Made by a program: the position numbers and the translations under genes | Shown here: piece by piece, positions 55,848 to 64,000 of the stretch | How the letters are laid out: every line of letters begins with the position of its first letter | How positions within the stretch are numbered: the stretch's first letter is position 1 | The notes under the pieces: model-generated | Told to the model about the DNA's origin: nothing | Database searches by the model: none | What the model saw: only the letters and a program-made list of their open reading frames with translations | NCBI GenBank assembly: GCA_964019335.1 | Contig: OZ025700.1 | Span: 372,001 to 436,000 of the forward strand | Length of the DNA stretch: 64,000 bases | DNA from: Diplonema japonicum | Taxonomy: Eukaryota; Protista; Euglenozoa: Diplonemea | Direction of reading: 5' to 3'

Positions 55848-56330
55848 TTTTTGTTTTTACTTCTTTTTACGATTTAGTCTGACAGGATGTGGAAGGTGTG
55901 GTGTTGAAATTTGAAGAAAAATGGAATGCAAAGAAAAGAGAGAGACCCGCGGCGAGTTTCCTTCTCTTGGTTTCCACCTTATAATATATAAAGTGTGGAG
56001 TACACAAGAAGGCAAAAAAGGTGGAAAACCAAGAAAGGGAAGTATAACGGGATGAAACAAAACAAGAAGAAAAAAAGAATGGGGTACGCACGAATTCAAA
56101 AGAAGCAATTTCTTCTTCTTCTTGAAACAAAAGGGAGAAAAATGAAACGAACGGTGGAAGTAAAAAAGGACTAATAACAACACCCTTTTTTCTTTTTAGG
56201 AATATCTCATTTATTCACTTGGGGGAAGGGGGACAAAATACAATTCTACCACAGAAAAACACGCTTGAAAAAAATGCAATGTAGCAAAAAAAAAAAGAAT
56301 CCTCATTTCTGGGGGTATTTTTTTTTTTTT

Positions 56331-57293
56331 TTATTTCGACTTATTACCAACGATGGAGGAGACGGGACCGCTGGTGATTTGGCACTGGTTGGTGCCCCTC
56401 TGGAGCCAGATGTACCCGTTCTCGCCCCACGATGTGCCCCACGAGTTCTTCACGATCCAGTAGTCAGAGGTGAAGCCAGCAATGAGGACACCATGGTCAA
56501 CATAGTCACCCACGCAGTTGGTCATGACACCACCAGTGTATGTCTGCCACAAGCCAGCATCGACAGAGATGGAGAGGGGGCCGTGCACAGACACCCAGGA
56601 AGCCATGTCGTCCTCGTTGTGGGCGATGTCCTGGTGACCTGTGATGGTGGCCCCAACTGTCTTCTTCGACAGGTCCTCGCACCCTCCACTCACCTGAGTG
56701 TAAGGGTAAGACCGCTCCGTCACGATCTCACCCTTGCGGGAGGACACGAGCCACGTGAAGGCCTTGTCCATCAATCCACCCCCGCAGCCGTCATCAAGTG
56801 TGTCGCACGACACAAGCTCCTGCTCAGAGAGTGACGTCAGGGTGTGCCCTGCAAGTGCCCACTGTCCTTCGATGCTGCCAGTTGACGAGAAGGCCCAGCA
56901 GCTCCCGCATTGAGCTTGGTTCTTCACATGGGTCACGGCCCCCTTCTTCCTCCAGTCCACAGGGGTTGCGTTCTTCACACCCTCATACATCCTGTCGGGA
57001 CTGGGCTTCACAGGGACGTCAAGGTTGTGGTACACTTTGAACTCGTCTTCAGACATGTCGCTGAAGATGTTCATCCCGAAGGTCGCCTGCGGGTTCTGTG
57101 CCTCAAGCTTCGCCGCCTTCAGCATGTTCTTCTTGAAGATGGTCCTTCTGTGAGCCTCTTCACAGTTTGAGTATCTCTTGCCGTAGGTCTCCTTGAAGTT
57201 CCTCCACAGGATCGCCTCGTTGGCCTCGATGTACGAAACAGGCAGACCGGCAGCAGCGGTCGCAAGGCACAGAATGGCAAGGCTCGTTTTCAT
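56331..57293 (-). CDS. Cathepsin L-like C1A cysteine peptidase, copy B
   Basis: Tandem paralog with the same catalytic Cys/His/Asn motifs. Confidence 0.96.
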   Translation of the reverse strand: MKTSLAILCLATAAAGLPVSYIEANEAILWRNFKETYGKRYSNCEEAHRRTIFKKNMLKAAKLEAQNPQATFGMNIFSDMSEDEFKVYHNLDVPVKPSPDRMYEGVKNATPVDWRKKGAVTHVKNQAQCGSCWAFSSTGSIEGQWALAGHTLTSLSEQELVSCDTLDDGCGGGLMDKAFTWLVSSRKGEIVTERSYPYTQVSGGCEDLSKKTVGATITGHQDIAHNEDDMASWVSVHGPLSISVDAGLWQTYTGGVMTNCVGDYVDHGVLIAGFTSDYWIVKNSWGTSWGENGYIWLQRGTNQCQITSGPVSSIVGNKSK

Positions 57294-57438
57294 TTTTTTT
57301 TTTTTTTTGTTTTGTTTTTGTTTACTTTAAGTAAAGTAACTGGAGCCGCTTAGCAGAAAGAAGAGGAAACATAGAAAATGAGTGGCGGGCAGGACCGCCC
57401 CAGCATGCTGGTAAAAATGAGAAAAGTTCCAAGAATGC

Positions 57439-57870
57439 CTATTTCCCCTGGAGCTCGCCACGGATGCGCCTGGCGATGTTGAGGTCGAGGTGGTTGAGGG
57501 TCTGCTTCTTCCTGTGGATCTGCATCATGACGGCTGCCTGGAAGAGCCCCACCATGTAGCTCTCCGTCGCCTCTTGCACCGCCTCGAGGGCGGAAGGCTT
57601 GAAGGAGAGACCTGTCTTGTAGTTGTTCATGGTCTCCCTCACCAGCCTCTGGAAGGGTGCCTTCTGCAACAACAGTTTCGACGTCTTCTGCAGCTTGAAG
57701 ATCTCACGCAGGGCAACCGTCCCAGGCCTCCACCTCCTCTTCGCCTCACTGTCGTCCTTCTTGCTCTTCTTGGACTTCTTCTCCTTCTTAACCCTCTTCG
57801 ACTTCTTGGTCACCTCACCTTTAGGGGGCTTCCCACCGGTAGACGCGAGTTGAGACGATGAGCGCGGCAT
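57439..57870 (-). CDS. Divergent histone H3 variant
   Basis: RRWRPGTVALREI, KAPFQRLVRE, QEATESYMVGLF and IARRIRGE; non-canonical Lys-rich tail. Confidence 0.92.
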   Translation of the reverse strand: MPRSSSQLASTGGKPPKGEVTKKSKRVKKEKKSKKSKKDDSEAKRRWRPGTVALREIFKLQKTSKLLLQKAPFQRLVRETMNNYKTGLSFKPSALEAVQEATESYMVGLFQAAVMMQIHRKKQTLNHLDLNIARRIRGELQGK

Positions 57871-58067
57871 TGTGGTTAAAAAGCTGCGAGTGGGCTGAAC
57901 GGGTTGTAACAGAGAAATAGGTCAACCAAATAGAGGGAGAGAGGAAAAGGTGTTAAGTAACACCACCTTTAGCTATTAAACTAAAGATTTTAGGGGTAGC
58001 CCTGGGGGGGGGGGGGGGGTAAGATTAACTGAAGGTGCCAAATCAAAATAAAAGTGGTGCAGGCTTC

Positions 58068-58400
58068 TTACGCCACAGCGTAGAGGGTGCGGCCTTGCTT
58101 CTTCAAGGCAAACAAGATGTCAGCGGCACGCACGGTCTTCCTCCCTGTGAGCTCCAGGAGGGTCGCAGTGTCAGCCATCACCTTGTCCACGAAGGACCTC
58201 AGGATGGTCCTCGCCTCGTCGTAGGCACTTGCGGCGATCCTCTTGCACCCGCCACGCCTGGCGATCCTCCTGATGCTCCCCTTCGTGATCCCACGGCTGC
58301 TGACCTTCGTGTTCCTCTTCCCGCCAGCGCCCTTCGTCACATTCTTCGACTTCGACGTCACCGACTTGCCCTTCGCGGAGGTCTTCCCTTGGCCGGCCAT
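58068..58400 (-). CDS. Divergent histone H4 variant
   Basis: GITKGSIRRIARRGGCKRI, RKTV..D..FALKKQGRTLY. Confidence 0.92.
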   Translation of the reverse strand: MAGQGKTSAKGKSVTSKSKNVTKGAGGKRNTKVSSRGITKGSIRRIARRGGCKRIAASAYDEARTILRSFVDKVMADTATLLELTGRKTVRAADILFALKKQGRTLYAVA

Positions 58401-58505
58401 TATTACTTTTGGTTCGTGTTTTTTCGTAAGCTGTAAGTAACATAAACAAAAGATGGTCAGAAAAACAAAAACAAAAAATCAATAGAACAAACTAAGGGGC
58501 GGCCT

Positions 58506-59501
58506 TCATATGCCAGCAAGGACGACCCTTTCCTTTAACTCTGCAGGGAGCCTGACGTTCTTACTTTCAGCATATTTAACCAATACGGCTGCGCGGGCGA
58601 TGGTTCGCCGGGACTTGTGTTTAAGGTAATACATAATAAGTGCGGTGTAGGTGCGGATCTTCGGGTCCGCAGTGGAGGCGAAGGCAGCCTCAGCTAGGGA
58701 GAGGCTTTTGGCGTTATGTTTGGGGAGAGCGATGCAGGCAGTTAGAATCAGGAAGTTGAGGTACTCAGACCTGTGCTGTGTTTTGTGAATGCACTCCCAG
58801 AAGGAGTCAAAATCACCCCTGTTGACACACGCCTGACACAACGCTTCGCAGACGTAAAGAGAACACACGTCAAGCTGGTGATGGGCCATGCCGGCGAGAA
58901 CTGTTTCGGTCTGCTCCTTGCACGTGCAAAGCTTGAGTAGTTCCTCTGCCTCGCCTTGCGTCCAGGTATTAACTTCTAACGAGAGTGCCTCTTGCAAGTC
59001 AGTACACGATGCAATGAGGTACCGTCTGGCAGACTCCGTCAGCGGAATGGGGGGGTCATGGGACTGCATTTCGTCGAGGACGGAGGTGATTTTTGCCTTG
59101 TGTCCCGTGTTCTTATAGAGGAGGATGGCGGCCTCGAAGGCTTCTGGCCCTGGAAGAAATCCATCGTGAAGCATGACCGCCCACAACGACGTAAAGACCT
59201 CTTCGTTCCCCACACTCGCAAAGCCATGCAGGATAGAGTCGTGTGCATTTTTGTTTACCGGAAAACCCCGACGTTTAAGTTTCTTCAACTGCCACAACGC
59301 CTCGTACGGCTTCTTCCACCTGCACAAGAGCTTCACCATCACCGCTACGGTCTTCGGCCCCACATGGCACTTCCTCGCCTCTAACCCCTGCACCACTTCC
59401 CTGAGATTGTCACACGGACGTTCTGGTATCTTCTTACCGAACTTATCCAGCAAATAGCTGCAAACCCTACCGTCGGGCCATCTCAAGGGCGCCAACGGCA
59501 T
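58506..59501 (-). CDS. Divergent pentatricopeptide repeat protein
   Basis: PKTVAVMVKLLCR, NKNAHDSILHGFASVG, PGPEAFEAAILLY and PKIRTYTALIMYY. Likely start is MPLAPLRW, just after a CACACAG acceptor. Confidence 0.75.
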   Translation of the reverse strand: MPLAPLRWPDGRVCSYLLDKFGKKIPERPCDNLREVVQGLEARKCHVGPKTVAVMVKLLCRWKKPYEALWQLKKLKRRGFPVNKNAHDSILHGFASVGNEEVFTSLWAVMLHDGFLPGPEAFEAAILLYKNTGHKAKITSVLDEMQSHDPPIPLTESARRYLIASCTDLQEALSLEVNTWTQGEAEELLKLCTCKEQTETVLAGMAHHQLDVCSLYVCEALCQACVNRGDFDSFWECIHKTQHRSEYLNFLILTACIALPKHNAKSLSLAEAAFASTADPKIRTYTALIMYYLKHKSRRTIARAAVLVKYAESKNVRLPAELKERVVLAGI

Positions 59502-59601
59502 TCTGTGTGGCGTTTTGTTAGAAGTAAACTTTGAAGTGAATTGAAAGAAAGGGCAAACGATCTCAATGTGGAAACAAGGAGATACTGTGGGCGGGTCATG
59601 G

Positions 59602-62600
59602 TCATAGTGAGCACTGCATGAGGTGCTGCTCATGCCATGATGGTGTTCTAACGACAGCTGGGGGAGAGCCAATGGGTTCCAGTCTGGGGGAGGCACCTTG
59701 CCTTATAACAGGCGAAGTGGAGGAAAGAACCCTGTCAGCCGAGGGTGGGGCGATCGGGGGGAGGGGTGCGGCAGTACGTGAGTCCCACGCTTGCAAGGCA
59801 CGCTTCCTGCTAAGTAACAATTGCAACTCCTTCTGTGTGTGAGTGAACTCCATCTTTCTCCCTTCAACAGAGATTTTCAGCTGCTGTCTTTCCAACGTTT
59901 CCTGCATCTTCACACTCGTGCGCTGCTTGCCTTCTCTTTTCTCCAAGTGCATCGCAGCTTTCGCTATGTTCACAGCCAGCACTTTGTGGCTCATCATCAT
60001 CTTGCACGCACCCCATTCAGAAATAATCTGAATAAAGCAGCTCGTTTGCTGTTTCGAGACCTCCCACCGCACTGCGTCCTCCTCCTTTTCCACATCAGCG
60101 AGGGTCACCTCTTCGACGTGCTCTTCGGTCGTGTGCATTGCATCATGCAGGTAGTGCACAAACACCCGAGACAAGCATCCCTTCCCCAGCCTCTGTAGCA
60201 GCTGTGACACCTTGAAGTACTTCCTCTGTTTGGAACGTTCTATAACCTTTCGTCTGCCTGCTTCACGTTTGAATTCGGTACCCACTGCGGCGGCTAGCCT
60301 GCCGCAAAGTATCACAATAGCTGTCCCTGTTTCCTTCACGAACACTCGCCACAGAACAGCAGAAACGCCAATCTTGCTCGCAACGCACATGATCTCTGTT
60401 GCTTTGAGAAGAATGTCATTTCTTTGCGTCTGCACACACAAAACAGGGATGATCCCCGACAGGCACGTTATGAACGAGGCCAGTTCCATACTGAAACGCA
60501 CAGTGCGTCGTTTCTGCAGCAACGTATCGTAGCGCAGCTGCTTGTGGGCAAGCTCAACCCTGGACAATAGCGTAGCCGCTTTCTGGCGTTTTGCCTGTGT
60601 GGTATTTTAGTGTTGCACATCGGGCTGCATACCTTGTGGTGGACTTTGAACCGATACAGAGTCTCGAAGCGGCACCGCAAGTCGCTCAACATGAACTTGC
60701 GTAAGAGTTTCAAGCACAAGATGTGCTTGCGTCTTAATTCTTTGCCGACGGAGATGTTGCTGTGTAGATATGCGAGGTAGCGCCGCCCCAGAGCTTCCTT
60801 GGTTTTTCCTTCCAGTTGCACGAGTCGTGCGTTCAACAGGAAGGATCTTGCTGCGTAGTGGCCTGCAACGCAAGAAGCAAGGATGCCAGCTGCGGCAGTG
60901 GAGGTAAGCATCTTCAGCATCCCAACTCTACTATGATACCCGTTACATATCGATACGATGGTTGTTTTAGCACGCGTCACTAGTGCGTGGTTCTGCCCCA
61001 GAACACTACGAACCGCCACACCTTTGCCAACTCTTTGGAGGAAGGCGGTCATGCGGCGCTTGGCTTTCACAATTGCAAAATCCTTGTAGTACTTCACGCG
61101 CAAGCGAGTCTGAGTAAGCACTAATAGCCGTTTCGCAAGGTCTTCGTTCGCTTTCCGTTTGAACTCGATCTCTTTCTTCTTCTTCAGAACGTTCATGAGT
61201 GTCGTGTACCGTGAGCGGAGCAGCACCACTTGCATCTTGGTGAGAAGTTGAGCAGAATTCCTCTCGTCTTTAGTCCTCTTCTCTTTCTTGAGGCATGCCC
61301 TGGTCACATAACCTTTGCCAATCCTTTGTAGCAGCTTCGTCACCCTCCCTTTGAGGATCCCGAGCCGTTTCCTGGCATAGTATCCTCTGAAAGTTTTCGA
61401 CAGCAGGGTAGCGATCTGACGGAATTGCAGTCTCGACTTGAATTCCAGCTCACTGTCGTACACCCGCCAAGCCCTTTGGATGCTGCAGGCAGCCTTCTCC
61501 CGCCTGACGAGGTGCCTTCCTGTCATGCCTCTTCCGGTTTTTTGCAATTTGTGTAGGCTGTTGATTTCCACACGATTTTGCATTGCGATTTTGTGTGCAA
61601 CAAAACATCTCCAGCAGCGCTGCATAACCTCCGCAGCCGACCTTCTTGTGTGTAATCTGTTTGTTTCCTTTCTGCAGGGAATGCCGCGTCCTGCTTTTTG
61701 CAAAATTCTGCAGGCCACGCGTACGCGGTTGATCTGTCTTCTAGCCATGTAAGCTCTGCCTTCGCGCTGCAGCAGCCACATGCCACCTCTCCTGTTCCGC
61801 GTTTCATAGTAATTGTCCCTTGCAGCACGCACCTTGTACATCAAGCGAACGTTTCTCAAGAACCTCGTGGCTACTTCGGTGCATGCGCCTTGGATGCCAG
61901 TGATCCTCAGTGCCGACACCACGTGGCGCACAGCATACCCACGACCTGCTCTCTGCACGTGTTTCACGGCTTTTAGCAGCACCACATAGTCCTTTTGGCA
62001 CTGAACACGTGTGAACAGGGCCCGCCCTGCTCTTTGCAGACGTCCCGTGCCACGCTTTATGACCCTCCTGCCGATGTCAGCTTCTCTCGTCAGCATTGCT
62101 AACAATATCCCGCCAGGGCAGATATCTTTCAAATCACAGGTGCGCAGCTCTCCACCGTGAATCTCCATTAGACGCGATCTCTCTACGAAGCCCCTGCTAC
62201 AACGCTGGAGCAGCGCCACAGATCTCTTTACGGTGGATATAGCTAACCTGTCTGCCATGCCACGTCCGAGTTTTTGGAGATTATAGCACTCTTTGATTTG
62301 CACAATACGTTTCCGTTCCACATAGCCCCTGCCCAACTTCTGTACGTAGAGCCGCGAGATCTCTTCCTTTTGCCGCTGTGTCTCAGCTGCCTTGATTGCC
62401 CACGTGTGCTCCCTTCCTCGATGTCCTCGAGACACCCGACATAGCATACCAGCAGCGCTCCTCCGCAGCTCGCGTGAGGCTTCTTCTCTGGACGCTTCCA
62501 GCTTCACGTAGACCCTTCCCAACAACCCCCTTCCAAGGCACTGCAAGTATCGACTTACGTGCAACAGTCTTAGAAGGTGGTACATCGCGGCTCGTCCCTT

Positions 62601-64000
62601 GCTGCCTTGGTGGACGTGCTGGATTGTTCGAGCTGATCTTGTTTCATTTCGGCGTTGTTTGAGCGTTGCCTTCGCCCTGTGGCACTTCCACAGCATCTGC
62701 ACGGTGCGTGCCGACTTGTCCTCAATACGTTTTGTTTTCATTGCCTTGCAAGCAGCACGCACCCTCCATAATCGCTGCGCCATCTCTGCAGATTTAACTA
62801 ACTGTAGATATGCAAACAGCCTCATTCGGGCTATGTGCCCCCTTCCCACGCGGGACATGTGGAGTGCTGTTACAAGGTGCTTCAGACTGACTCTAACTAT
62901 GTACCCTCTGCACAGTCTTTGCAGCTGCTTGGTAGCCCGGAAGTGAATGGCACGCTGTTTGAAGAACTTCAAAGCGCAGTACCGCCTGTACATGCACTGT
63001 ATCATCAGAACCGACTTGTTTTCTTTCGCATATCGTGTTTTGTCTCTGCTGAACATGGCGCGCCCTATCCTTTGCAGATTGGCAACATCGACACGCAGCC
63101 TGCTCATCCTGAACCTGAAGATGCTCCCACGGCCCACTTTTTGCAGTATGTTGATCCTTCTGCACTGGGTGTTGAACTCTCTTTCTGCCAAGCGTCGCTT
63201 CCACATTTTCTGCAGAGCAACTGCAGCTCGCGCTGACCTTTGCTTGTGCAACTCCAGGACCTTTTTGAATTGTGCTCTTGTCATCACGCCCTTCCAATGT
63301 TTCTGCACCAACACAGCTGCGCGAGTTGTGAATATGAGCTCCTTGAATGCCTTCCTTGCCAAATACGACTTTGCGATGGCCTGGCAGAAGAATATCTTAT
63401 CCATGTCGGCGGCGTCACCATAAAGAATGACGTCTCTGTTGGTTGTGAAGTCGGTCAGTGGCCGATTGTTAGAGGCTGCCCTCGACACCCTCCGAGTGTT
63501 CCTCGCATTCAAGGCACGCACGCGGGCTCTTATGAAGATTGTGATCCTTGTCTCTACGACAGCCCTGTCTTGCTGCTCGTCTTGCTCAACGACTGTTCTG
63601 TTGAAAGCCTCGTTGTGCACGTCTGCCAACGTGTAAAAGACACCTGCAAAGAGCGACCCGTCGTGGGCGACGAGGTCACGCTCAGAAAACTCAAACCGGA
63701 TCAGCTCCACGCAGTCAAAGAACACGAGAAACATCTCAAAGCTCTTCTGTCCAATGCCTCCATAATCCCTCGGCACGTCTGCGAGCTTCATGGCGTCTTC
63801 CAGTATCGCTGCCACTGCATCGGGCATCATCTTCAGAAGCTCGCAAACTGCGTAAAGTGTCATGTCCCCGACGGGGAGGGTGAGCTGGTACGCACGCATG
63901 AGCCACACCCTGTGTCGGTCCTCAAGGATGTCAACGGCGTTCTTCTGGGTCATTTTCCCAACAATAGACACAAGGAGGAAGTTGCTGCTGATGATGAGCT
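59602..64000 (-). CDS. Large multi-IQ-motif (calmodulin/centrin-binding) protein, 5' end outside window; join(>64000..60633,60594..59602)
   Basis: More than 20 repeats of [ILV]Q[RK]xxRGxxxR. The frame is open to the window edge; the intron joins to ORF 59602..60567 (HHK|AKRQKAATLLSRVE). Confidence 0.9.
60595..60632 (-). other. Intron, 38 nt
   Basis: GTATGC...CACACAG; restores frame. Confidence 0.9.

Noticed and set aside
57439-57870. CENP-A/CenH3 assignment
   Set aside because: It retains Q68 and F84 and has no loop-1 insertion, so it is left as an unassigned H3 variant. Not fully excluded without localisation.
54-63636. Numerous plus-strand ORFs, some over 250 aa (e.g. 38986..40017, 42774..43532, 29630..30490)
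   Set aside because: They are antisense shadows of GC-rich minus-strand genes and have no independent motifs.
1-64000. Non-standard genetic code or programmed frameshifts explaining broken ORFs
   Set aside because: Every break examined is resolved by a canonical GT-AG intron.
1-64000. CRISPR array, tRNA, rRNA, transposase or reverse transcriptase
   Set aside because: No regularly spaced repeats, cloverleaf boxes, rRNA motifs or mobile-element protein motifs were recognised.

Overview
Gene-dense eukaryotic DNA. About 37 protein-coding genes can be supported, all on the minus strand, which suggests one directional (polycistronic-type) gene cluster. At least 14 very short GT-AG introns (35-72 nt) are present, and most spacers are rich in homopolymer runs. 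The unidirectional layout, the 'RWRPGT'-type H3, cruzipain-like peptidases, an LRR-dual-specificity phosphatase and GTATG donors point to a euglenozoan, most likely a diplonemid (inference). Recognisable genes: kinesin-3-like motor, cysteine synthase, CFAP144/FAM183, PHPT1, LRR-DSP, GAMT, two PPR proteins, ADAL, SURF1, bacterial-type aconitase B, a patatin TAG-lipase homolog lacking its catalytic motifs, a RING/KEG-type SH3-repeat protein, an ABCB half-transporter, two cathepsin-L-like peptidases, adjacent divergent H3 and H4 variants, and a large multi-IQ protein. The most interesting signals are: (1) a two-domain translin-family protein resembling a single-chain translin-TRAX (C3PO) nuclease, present as two ~1.25 kb apparently identical copies that differ mainly in the N-terminal peptide, one of which looks like a mitochondrial presequence; (2) the adjacent divergent H3/H4 pair; (3) poly(A)-filled micro-introns lacking polypyrimidine tracts, and poly(A) runs directly before start codons; (4) an unidentified ~290 nt structured element with an exact 42-nt copy 40 kb away. 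All family assignments come from motif recognition by eye; no database search was run.
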